Part shown: positions 24,156 to 32,000 of the stretch, piece by piece
Numbering within the stretch: position 1 is the first letter of the stretch
Layout of the letters: each line of letters opens with the position of its first letter
The notes under the pieces: generated by a model
The model's database searches: none
Told to the model about the DNA's origin: nothing
The model's input: the letters and a program-made list of their open reading frames with translations, nothing else
Assembly: GCF_000008625.1 (NCBI RefSeq)
Contig: NC_000918.1
Coordinates: 1,110,001-1,142,000 of the forward strand
Source of the DNA: Aquifex aeolicus VF5
GTDB taxonomy: Bacteria > Aquificota > Aquificia > Aquificales > Aquificaceae
Reading direction: 5' to 3'
Length of the DNA: 32,000 nt
Made by a program: the position numbers and the translations under genes

Positions 24156-26014
24156 TTCCTTTTACCGCGTTTGGGTTTAATCCTTATGAGCACTTCGTCG
24201 GGGTTTACTGTTTCTCCTACTCTTACGAATATCTCCTCTACTATTCCGTCAACGGGACTATGGATTTCATTTTCCATCTTCATGGCTTCTACGACTAAAA
24301 GGACGTCTCCCTCTTTTACTTCGTCTCCCACGTTTACTTTTATGTTTACCACTTTACCGGTTATGGGTGAGGTAACGTCTCCGATACCTTTGGGCTTTGG
24401 TCTCTTGCTTATTACCGTACCGCCTTCCGTTGCTTCGGTCGCAAAGGCTTCCTTTACACTTACTTCTCTTATGGGCTGGAGCTGAACTTCCTGGAGTTGT
24501 CCGTCCAGTCTTATGAAGAAGGTTCTCCTCGTCGGGTCCTCTTCGCCTTTACCCGCTATCTGGACGTGATACTGTTCTCCGTGAACGGTAACGTAGAACT
24601 CTACGGGAGCCTTGCACTCCGTAGTTTCTTCCACCGTTTCTTCCATGGGAACGGGCGGAAGTTCTCCTTTTTCTACTTTTTCCCTCCACTCAAAGAACTC
24701 TTTGGCGACTACCGGGAAGAGTGCGTAAGAGAGTATATCTTCTTCGCTCCTTGCACCCGCTTCTATTGCCTCATCTCTTATCTTGTCAAGTTCCGGCTCA
24801 AGCAGGTCCGCGGGTCTTATGTCGTATATGGGCTTTTCGTCTCCGAGTATCTTTCTGATAATTTCCTCCTTTATGGGGGCGGGAGGTCTTCCGTAGAGTC
24901 CCTTAACGTAGTCCTTCGTTTCCTTGGTAACTACTTTGTAACGCTCTCCGTGGAGGACGTTTAAAAAGGCTTGAGTTCCCACTATCTGGCTGGTTGGCGT
25001 CACTAAGGGCGGGTATCCGAGGTCTTCCCTGACTCTTTTTACTTCTTCAAGAACTTCTTCTAGTTTATCCTCCAGATTTTGCTCCCTTAATTGGGATATG
25101 AAGTTTGATATCATACCGCCGGGTATCTGGTGTATTAGGACTGAAACGTCGGGGTAAGGAGGAAGGACGTCGTATTTTTTATACTTCTTCCTTACTTCTC
25201 TCATTATGTCTCCCGCTTTTTTATAGAGCTCCGTGTTTACTTTTACCTCGTAGCCGAACTCCCTGAGGACGTATATCATCGTTTCTCCCGGAGGGTGGGA
25301 GGTTTGTCCCGAAAGTGAATAACACGCGGTATCTATCATATCCGCTCCCGCTTCAATCCCTTTGAGTTGTGCCATCTCCGCAAGGTCCGCGGTAGTCTGG
25401 GTGTGAAGGTGCACGGGATAATTGGGAAATTCGGACTTCAAAGCGGAAACGAGCTCGTAACAAACTTTGGGTGAGAGTATTCCCGCCTGATCCTTTATGG
25501 ATATTATGTCTATTCCCATATCAACGAGTTCTCTTGCTACTTTTACGTAGTACTCTATGGTGTGAACGGGACTTATGGTGTAGGAGAGAACGCCCTTTAC
25601 TATGGCTCCGAGCTTTTTGGCAGTTTCAATAGACTTTCTCATATTTCTCGTGTCGTTCAGGGCGTCGAAAATCCTGAAAACTTCTATTCCGTTGTCGTAA
25701 GCCTTCTTTACAAATTCCTCAACCACATCGTCGGGATAGTGCCTGTATCCAACAACGTTCTGTCCCCTCAGGAGCATCTCAAGCTTTGTGTTCTTCGCCC
25801 TCTCCTTGAACTTCCTGAGTCTTTCCCAGGGATCCTCTTTGAGGTACCTCAGACACACGTCAAAAGTAGCTCCACCCCACACTTCCAGAGACCAGAATCC
25901 GCACTTGTCTAGTATTTCTATTACATCAAGCATGTCTTCTGTTCTTACCCTTGTAGCGAGTAGACTCTGAATGCCGTCTCTGAGCGAGACATCCGTAACT
26001 TTGATTTCCCTCAT
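24152..26014 (-). CDS. Biotin-dependent carboxylase, carboxyltransferase + BCCP subunit (pyruvate carboxylase B / oxaloacetate decarboxylase alpha / 2-oxoglutarate carboxylase large-subunit family)
   Basis: An N-terminal TIM-barrel carboxyltransferase (TDVSLRDGIQS, EVWGGATFD, HLHTQTTAD) and a C-terminal biotinyl domain with VVEAMKMENEI; 620 aa. Confidence 0.85.
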   Translation of the reverse strand: MREIKVTDVSLRDGIQSLLATRVRTEDMLDVIEILDKCGFWSLEVWGGATFDVCLRYLKEDPWERLRKFKERAKNTKLEMLLRGQNVVGYRHYPDDVVEEFVKKAYDNGIEVFRIFDALNDTRNMRKSIETAKKLGAIVKGVLSYTISPVHTIEYYVKVARELVDMGIDIISIKDQAGILSPKVCYELVSALKSEFPNYPVHLHTQTTADLAEMAQLKGIEAGADMIDTACYSLSGQTSHPPGETMIYVLREFGYEVKVNTELYKKAGDIMREVRKKYKKYDVLPPYPDVSVLIHQIPGGMISNFISQLREQNLEDKLEEVLEEVKRVREDLGYPPLVTPTSQIVGTQAFLNVLHGERYKVVTKETKDYVKGLYGRPPAPIKEEIIRKILGDEKPIYDIRPADLLEPELDKIRDEAIEAGARSEEDILSYALFPVVAKEFFEWREKVEKGELPPVPMEETVEETTECKAPVEFYVTVHGEQYHVQIAGKGEEDPTRRTFFIRLDGQLQEVQLQPIREVSVKEAFATEATEGGTVISKRPKPKGIGDVTSPITGKVVNIKVNVGDEVKEGDVLLVVEAMKMENEIHSPVDGIVEEIFVRVGETVNPDEVLIRIKPKRGKRK

Positions 26015-26057
26015 GCTATCACCTCACCAGCTTTAAAAACTAATAATATAATACGAG

Positions 26058-27299
26058 GTGGATTTTTTAAGAAAATTGCCCCTCGGGCTTACAATACACC
26101 TATCACTTTTCCTGCTATCCCTTTTATACGCACTGAATGCCGGAAGACTCCCCGAACTAAAGGACTACATAATCTACTTTAAGGTTCGTTTAGAAGGTCA
26201 GTGGGAGCTCTCCGAAGATGGAGTATCCGCTCCAGTGTTTGTTGAGGAGTCGGAAATAGAGTTCTTAAAAGGGAGGAAAGCTTTTTTATTCGTGAAGAAA
26301 GCAAGATATATCCCGAAAGGAAGCAGGTTTGAGCTTTTCGGAAACGTAAGAGTAAAGAAAAACAGGGTGTTTATAAGCGCCTACATCTGGGATTTAGAAA
26401 GACTTCCTGAAAAGAAAAACATCAGGGATTTCTTAATGGAGAAGTTTAAAGAAAAGGTAAAAGACGAGCACCTGAGAGCTATAGGGCTTGCCTTTTTGTT
26501 CGGGGAGAGTAAGAGAAACCTCCCCGCTGAAGTGGAAAGGGTTTTCCTACACACGGGACTTATACACGTCCTCGTAGTATCCGGACTTCACGTAGGACTC
26601 GTTTTCTTAATCCTTTCCCGCCTCCTTCCGAGGTTCTACGGTGAAGTTCTGGGATTAGTAGGCGTTCTCTTTTACTCCGCCTTTTTGGTTCCACACAACC
26701 CGCCGGTCATAAGAGCTACGTCCATGCTCTTCCTGTGGGTGCTTTCCTTTCTTTCCTTCAGGCGCTACTGCTCCCTCTGCGTTCTCTTCTTTACCGGGAC
26801 TTTAATGCTTTTCTTCTTTCCCCACTTTTCTTACTCTTACTCCTTCTGGCTTTCCTTCTTTGCGGTTTTATACATTCTTCTCGTTTTGAAGGACTTTGAA
26901 GGTGGAAACACCTCAAAAGCCCTTATGGTTTCACTCGGTGCCTTTACAGGAACCGCACCCTTGATAGCGAGTTTTTCCTTTGTAACTCCCCTTTCTGTCC
27001 TACTCACACCTGTTCTCTCTCCTTTGATTTTCGCGTACGCCCTTTTCGGAGTTTTGTCCCTCCTTACGCTCTTTTCCTTTCCCCCTTCTTTAATCCTTAT
27101 GAACCTGAGCGGAGAGCTTATCTTCAGAGTCCTTGAATTTTTCTCTGACTTTTCGCCCAAAATTCTCAGTAATGTAAAACCAGAAGAGGCTTTTATTCTT
27201 CTAATACTGGGAGCTATCGGACTTTACGTCACAAAAGGTTATTCCAAACTTCTTCCTTTGGGTGTTGTAAACCTATATCTAATCTTTAAAATAAATTAA
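26058..27299 (+). CDS. comEC: ComEC/Rec2-like membrane protein, short form without a metallo-beta-lactamase domain
   Basis: The core motif [16 protein letters not shown] and multiple TM segments. It is 413 aa, against about 700-800 aa for full-length ComEC. GTG start. Confidence 0.65.
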   Translation: MDFLRKLPLGLTIHLSLFLLSLLYALNAGRLPELKDYIIYFKVRLEGQWELSEDGVSAPVFVEESEIEFLKGRKAFLFVKKARYIPKGSRFELFGNVRVKKNRVFISAYIWDLERLPEKKNIRDFLMEKFKEKVKDEHLRAIGLAFLFGESKRNLPAEVERVFLHTGLIHVLVVSGLHVGLVFLILSRLLPRFYGEVLGLVGVLFYSAFLVPHNPPVIRATSMLFLWVLSFLSFRRYCSLCVLFFTGTLMLFFFPHFSYSYSFWLSFFAVLYILLVLKDFEGGNTSKALMVSLGAFTGTAPLIASFSFVTPLSVLLTPVLSPLIFAYALFGVLSLLTLFSFPPSLILMNLSGELIFRVLEFFSDFSPKILSNVKPEEAFILLILGAIGLYVTKGYSKLLPLGVVNLYLIFKIN

Positions 27300-27328
27300 A
27301 ACATTTTTTTACTTTCGGAGGTGGATGT

Positions 27329-28486
27329 ATGAAGCTCCACGAACATCAGGCAAAGGAGATATTTGCAAAATACGGAATTCCCGTTCCGGAAGGCAAGGTG
27401 GCATTTTCCCTGAAGGAAGCAAAAGAAGTCGCAGAAGAACTCGGAGAATTTCCTCTCGTTGTAAAGGCTCAGATTCACTGCGGTGGTAGGGGTAAAGCAG
27501 GCGGAGTGAAGATAGTCAAGGACATGGACGAGCTGGAAAAGGCAGTTGAATCACTCCTCGGTAAGGTTCTAAAAACCTTTCAGTGTCCCGACGGAAAACC
27601 CGTAAACAGGGTACTCATAGAAAAGGCTACGAACATAGACAAGGAGTACTATCTTGCTATAACTTTGGACCGTTCAAAGTCCAAGCCCGTTATAATGGCT
27701 TCCGCAGCGGGCGGTATGGAAATTGAAGAAATAGTCAAAGAAAATCCAGAGGCGATAATAATCGAAACAATAGACCCAGAACTGGGACTTATGCCCTATC
27801 AGGCGAGGGAGCTTGCCTTTAAGTTGAACCTGCCCGTAAAGGAATTCGCAAGCATAGCCCTGAAACTTTACCAGATATATTCCGACCTTGACGCTTCACT
27901 CGTTGAGATAAATCCCCTCGTTCTCACAAAGGAAGGAAACCTTATAGCCCTTGACGCAAAACTCGACATAGACGACAACGCCCTCTTCAGGCACAAGGAC
28001 CTTGAAGAGATGGAAGACGAAACACAACTTCCACAACTTGAGGTGGAAGCCAAGAAGTACGGCCTTAACTACATAAAACTCAATGGAAATATAGGTTGTA
28101 TGGTTAACGGTGCGGGGCTCGCTATGGCGACTATGGACATAATCAAGCTCGCGGGAGGAGAACCCGCGAACTTCCTTGACGTGGGTGGTGGCGCGAACGT
28201 AGAGCAAATCGCGAACGCCTTCAGAATACTCATGGCGGACCCGGACGTGAAGGCGGTCTTCATAAATATATTCGGTGGAATACTGAGGGTGGACAGGCTG
28301 GCTCAGGGACTCATAGAAGCCTCCAAAATGGTAGAACTCAGAGTTCCCATTGTTGCGAGACTTGAAGGAACGAACGTTGAAGAAGGAAAGAGGATGCTCC
28401 AAGAGAGTGGACTCAACTTCATAATAGCGGAAGACATGTGGGACGGAGCGAAAAAGGCTGTGGAAATAGCGAATAAACAAAGCTAA
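27329..28486 (+). CDS. sucC: Succinyl-CoA synthetase beta subunit
   Basis: [43 protein letters not shown] and [10 protein letters not shown]; 385 aa. The SD GGAGGTGG lies upstream. Confidence 0.85.
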   Translation: MKLHEHQAKEIFAKYGIPVPEGKVAFSLKEAKEVAEELGEFPLVVKAQIHCGGRGKAGGVKIVKDMDELEKAVESLLGKVLKTFQCPDGKPVNRVLIEKATNIDKEYYLAITLDRSKSKPVIMASAAGGMEIEEIVKENPEAIIIETIDPELGLMPYQARELAFKLNLPVKEFASIALKLYQIYSDLDASLVEINPLVLTKEGNLIALDAKLDIDDNALFRHKDLEEMEDETQLPQLEVEAKKYGLNYIKLNGNIGCMVNGAGLAMATMDIIKLAGGEPANFLDVGGGANVEQIANAFRILMADPDVKAVFINIFGGILRVDRLAQGLIEASKMVELRVPIVARLEGTNVEEGKRMLQESGLNFIIAEDMWDGAKKAVEIANKQS

Positions 28487-28497
28487 GGAGGTTAAAA

Positions 28498-29415
28498 ATG
28501 GCTATTTTGGTAAACAAAGATACCAAGGTGGTAGTTCAAGGTATAACGGGTAAAGAAGGTTCTTTCCACGCAAAGCAATGCAAAGAATACGGAACTCAGG
28601 TTGTCGCAGGAGTAACCCCCGGCAAGGGAGGAATGGAGGTAGAGGGAATTCCCGTATTCAACACTGTGAAGGAAGCGGTAAAAGAGACAGGTGCAAACTG
28701 TTCACTCATATTCGTTCCAGCCCCCTTTGCGGCGGACGCTATAGTGGAAGCTCTGGACGCGGGGATAGAACTCGTGGTGTGTATAACGGAAGGAATTCCC
28801 GTAAAAGACATGATGATGGTAAAGGACTACATGCTCAAGAACTATCCGAACGCTAAACTCGTAGGTCCCAACTGCCCCGGAGTGATTACCCCCGGAGAGG
28901 CGAAGGTGGGCATAATGCCCGGACACATATTCAAAAGAGGTAAAATAGGCATAGTTTCGAGGAGCGGAACCCTCACGTACGAGGCGGCTTATCAGCTCAC
29001 GAAGTACGGACTCGGGCAGTCCACTGCTGTTGGTATAGGCGGTGACCCCGTCCACGGACTCACACACAGGGATGTTATAGAGATGTTCAACAAGGACCCC
29101 GAAACGGAAGCCATTTTAATGATCGGAGAAATCGGTGGAACGGAAGAAGAGGAAGCTGCGGAGTACATAGAGAAGGAAGTTGACAAGCCCGTATTTGCCT
29201 ACATAGCCGGAATCACCGCGCCTCCCGGAAAGAGGATGGGACACGCGGGAGCTATCATCATGGGCGGAAAGGGAACGGCTAAGGCCAAGATGGAAGCCCT
29301 TGAAAAGGCGGGAGCTTACGTCATAGAGAATCCCGCAAAGATAGGTGAGACAGTGGCGAAAATACTGAAGGTTATAGAACTGGAAGAAGAAGAAAGGACT
29401 TCCGATGCTGAGTAA
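28498..29415 (+). CDS. sucD: Succinyl-CoA synthetase alpha subunit
   Basis: [19 protein letters not shown] and the phospho-His motif MGHAGAII. It is 305 aa with an acidic C-terminal tail. The SD AAGGAGG lies upstream. Confidence 0.9.
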   Translation: MAILVNKDTKVVVQGITGKEGSFHAKQCKEYGTQVVAGVTPGKGGMEVEGIPVFNTVKEAVKETGANCSLIFVPAPFAADAIVEALDAGIELVVCITEGIPVKDMMMVKDYMLKNYPNAKLVGPNCPGVITPGEAKVGIMPGHIFKRGKIGIVSRSGTLTYEAAYQLTKYGLGQSTAVGIGGDPVHGLTHRDVIEMFNKDPETEAILMIGEIGGTEEEEAAEYIEKEVDKPVFAYIAGITAPPGKRMGHAGAIIMGGKGTAKAKMEALEKAGAYVIENPAKIGETVAKILKVIELEEEERTSDAE

Positions 29416-29478
29416 GATTATATTAATATTTTTCTATTCGCATTATTTTTATGAAAAACCCTAAAGGAGGTAAGTGCT

Positions 29479-29709
29479 ATGGGACTTAAAGTTAGAGTAG
29501 ATCAGGACACCTGCACCGCTTGCGAGCTCTGCTACGATAGAATCCCCGAAGTCTTCAAGAACGCGGGAGACGGAATAGCGGACGTAGTCAAGTGCGACAT
29601 CGAAGACGACGAAGGATGCTGGATGATCGTTCCCGAAGGACTCGAAGAGGAAGTACAGGAAGTTGCAGACGAGTGCCCCAGCGGATCCATAATCGTAGAG
29701 GAAGAATAA
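29479..29709 (+). CDS. fdx: Monocluster [4Fe-4S] ferredoxin (76 aa), copy 1
   Basis: CTACELC ... CP cluster ligands plus two extra Cys (KCD ... GCW). Acidic composition. The SD AAGGAGG lies 8 nt before the ATG. Confidence 0.85.
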   Translation: MGLKVRVDQDTCTACELCYDRIPEVFKNAGDGIADVVKCDIEDDEGCWMIVPEGLEEEVQEVADECPSGSIIVEEE

Positions 29710-29767
29710 TCTTTTCCTTCCCCTCTTTTTCATAAATCTTTTTTCTTTTTCAAAGGAGGTCTGAGCC

Positions 29768-30010
29768 ATGGCAAAATTAAAGACCATGGTTGACCAGGAA
29801 ACCTGTACGGCTTGCGAGCTGTGTTACGATAGAGTTCCCGAGGTTTACAAGAACAGGGGAGACGGAATAGCGGATGTTGTCAAGTGTGACATAAAAGACG
29901 AGGAAGATCACTGCTGGATGATAGTCCCGGAAGGACTGGAAGACGAAGTCAGAGAAGTAGAAGAAGAGTGCCCCAGCGGTTCTATTATCGTTGAAGAACT
30001 CGAAGAGTGA
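29768..30010 (+). CDS. fdx: Monocluster [4Fe-4S] ferredoxin (80 aa), copy 2
   Basis: The same Cys pattern as copy 1, and about 80% amino-acid identity to it by eye. It has the identical SD and the same 8-nt spacing. Confidence 0.85.
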   Translation: MAKLKTMVDQETCTACELCYDRVPEVYKNRGDGIADVVKCDIKDEEDHCWMIVPEGLEDEVREVEEECPSGSIIVEELEE

Positions 30011-30756
30011 AAGTAATATTCCTAGGAACAGCGGGCGGAAGAGTTGTAACCTTCAACTTAATAAGGCGTTCTGGAGGTTTCCTTTTAGAGGAAAACAGCA
30101 GTTACCTTCACGTTGACCCCGGTCCCGGAGCTTTCGTTTACCTTCATCAGCTCGGTATAGATTACAAAAAAATAGATTTAATAGTCCTCTCCCACCTCCA
30201 CTTGGACCACTCAGCCGATGTGAATACGCTTATAGAGGCTGCCACAAACGGCGGTAAGTACAGAAACCTCTCTCTCTTTGCTCCCAAAAGTGCCCTTGAA
30301 GGAGCAGACCGAGTAGTTTTTCCCTACAACAGGCGAAGACTTGTCAAAGAAGAAACTTTCAGCGAAGGCTCGGAGCACCATTACAAAAACTGGAAAGTTA
30401 AGGCGGTAATAAAACACAAACACCACAGGACGGAAACTTACGGACTTTTTCTTCAAAACAAAGTGGTTTACGTTTCCTGCGCGGGATTCGAAGAAAGGAT
30501 GCTCACGCTTTACCCCAAAAACGCGGACTTGATGATAATAAATACAACCTTTTACAGGAAAAGACCCAACGTTGAACACCTTTCGGCGGAAGATGCAAAG
30601 GTTTTAATCTCTCACCTGAAACCTAAAAAAGCCGTAATAACACACTACTCCATGGAGATGCTACAGATAGGCCCCGATAAAGTTGCTGAGGAGATAACAA
30701 AAGAAACGGGAATTGAAACGATAGCGGCGAAAGACAACATGATTCTTGAGATATAA
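30007..30756 (+). CDS. Metallo-beta-lactamase-fold hydrolase
   Basis: The N-terminal MKVIFLGTAGG and the HxHxDH motif LSHLHLDHSAD. The GTG start overlaps the TGA of ferredoxin copy 2 (GTGA). Confidence 0.75.
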   Translation: MKVIFLGTAGGRVVTFNLIRRSGGFLLEENSSYLHVDPGPGAFVYLHQLGIDYKKIDLIVLSHLHLDHSADVNTLIEAATNGGKYRNLSLFAPKSALEGADRVVFPYNRRRLVKEETFSEGSEHHYKNWKVKAVIKHKHHRTETYGLFLQNKVVYVSCAGFEERMLTLYPKNADLMIINTTFYRKRPNVEHLSAEDAKVLISHLKPKKAVITHYSMEMLQIGPDKVAEEITKETGIETIAAKDNMILEI

Positions 30757-30764
30757 TTCAGTAA

Positions 30765-31145
<381 letters not shown>

Positions 31146-31157
31146 ATTAAAAATTTC

Positions 31158-32000
31158 ATGAAAACCCTCTACATTTTGGACGGCTCTTCATTCGTTTACA
31201 GAAGTTTCTTCGCACTCCCTCCCCTCAGTACAAGTAAAGGTTTTCCCACGAACGCTATATACGGTTTCTTGAGGATGTTATTTTCCCTTATTAAGAAAGA
31301 AAGACCTCAGTACTTGGTCGTGGTCTTTGATGCTCCCGCAAAGACAAAAAGGGAAAAAATATACGCAGACTATAAAAAACAAAGACCGAAAGCCCCGGAT
31401 CCACTAAAGGTTCAAATTCCCGTAATAAAGGAAATACTAAAACTCGCCGGTATACCCCTTTTAGAACTTCCCGGATACGAAGCAGACGACGTTATAGCTT
31501 ACTTGGCAGAAAAATTTTCCCAAAAAGGTTTTAAAGTAAAGATTTACTCCCCGGACAAAGACCTTTTACAGCTCGTGTCCGAAAACGTTCTGGTCATAAA
31601 CCCTATGAACGATGAAGTGTTCACAAAAGAAAGAGTAATAAAGAAGTTCGGAGTAGAACCCCAAAAAATACCAGACTACCTCGCACTCGTAGGAGATAAA
31701 GTGGACAACGTCCCCGGAATAGAAGGCGTAGGACCAAAAACGGCTATAAACATACTTAAAAAGTACGGCAGTGTGGAAAATATCTTAAAAAACTGGGAAA
31801 AGTTTCAAAGAGAGTTTCCAAGGGCAAAAAAAGAAGACTTAGAACTCTCCTACAAGCTCGTAAAACTCTACACGGATTTAGATATTGAACTCTCCGAAGA
31901 AGATTTAAAGATAAAACGACCTGATCTGAATAAACTAAAACAAAAACTTCAAGAACTTGAGATGAAGAGCCTTTTAAAAGAAGTGGATAAGATTTTCAGA
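31158..32000 (+). CDS. 5'-3' exonuclease / flap endonuclease domain of the DNA polymerase I family (3' end outside the window)
   Basis: It is not in the ORF track because it runs off the window. ATG 31158, then MKTLYILDGSSFVYRSFFAL, YEADDVIA, SPDKDLLQLV and the H3TH GDKVDNVPGIEGVGPKTA. The frame is open for 281 codons to base 32000. Confidence 0.9.
   Translation, partial: MKTLYILDGSSFVYRSFFALPPLSTSKGFPTNAIYGFLRMLFSLIKKERPQYLVVVFDAPAKTKREKIYADYKKQRPKAPDPLKVQIPVIKEILKLAGIPLLELPGYEADDVIAYLAEKFSQKGFKVKIYSPDKDLLQLVSENVLVINPMNDEVFTKERVIKKFGVEPQKIPDYLALVGDKVDNVPGIEGVGPKTAINILKKYGSVENILKNWEKFQREFPRAKKEDLELSYKLVKLYTDLDIELSEEDLKIKRPDLNKLKQKLQELEMKSLLKEVDKIFR

Larger units (their letters stand above)
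29464..30010 (+). repeat. Tandem duplication unit (SD + ferredoxin gene) x2
   Basis: The two units share long nucleotide identities (e.g. acggcttgcgagct, gggagacggaatagcgga, tgctggatgat, tgccccagcgg) and the same AAGGAGG-N8-ATGG initiation context. Confidence 0.8.

Noticed and set aside
27896-28480. 194-aa minus-strand ORF inside sucC, plus smaller ones at 27868-28053 and 28069-28263
   Set aside because: They are antisense to an unmistakable sucC, have no motifs and show atypical composition. They are shadow ORFs.
27329-29415. Alternative call of sucC/sucD as citryl-CoA synthetase (CcsA/CcsB) of the Aquificaceae rTCA cycle
   Set aside because: As I recall, the Ccs subunits are noticeably larger (about 46 and 36 kDa). 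These proteins (385 and 305 aa) have canonical SucC/SucD lengths and motifs. A phylogeny would be needed to exclude the alternative fully.
29461-29787. 108-aa minus-strand ORF covering ferredoxin copy 1 and the intergenic spacer
   Set aside because: It is antisense to a ferredoxin gene with a perfect SD and Cys motif, and it crosses the T-rich intergenic region. It is a shadow ORF.

Overview
This is a very dense chromosomal segment, about 97% coding by my tally, and mostly housekeeping. Several traits point to a hyperthermophilic Aquificae genome, probably Aquifex aeolicus or a close relative (inference, not verified): K/E-rich proteins, 1-30 nt gene overlaps, functionally mixed operons, reductive-TCA components, scattered ATP-synthase and flagellar genes, and a 425-aa MutL. 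I call 43 protein-coding genes plus one frameshifted aminotransferase gene. I see no tRNA, rRNA, IS element or integrase. The most unusual element sits in the only large non-coding stretch (18621-19089). It is a one-spacer mini-CRISPR: an intact 29-nt repeat, a 37-nt spacer and a degenerate 30-nt terminal repeat. About 350 bp of AT-rich leader-like DNA precedes it, and there are no cas genes anywhere in the window. Other points worth a second look:
- a 1-nt frameshift splitting a class-V aminotransferase;
- a b'-b-delta ATP synthase sub-cluster with its own consensus promoter that runs into ndk instead of atpA;
- a reductive-TCA neighbourhood (biotin carboxyltransferase/BCCP subunit, sucCD, two tandem near-identical [4Fe-4S] ferredoxins);
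- three head-to-head gene pairs with only 13-19 AT-only bp between start codons;
- 3' overlaps at all four convergent gene pairs.
I do not see a convincing novel multi-gene system such as a defence island or mobile element. The mini-CRISPR and its non-coding island are the best candidates for something under-described.
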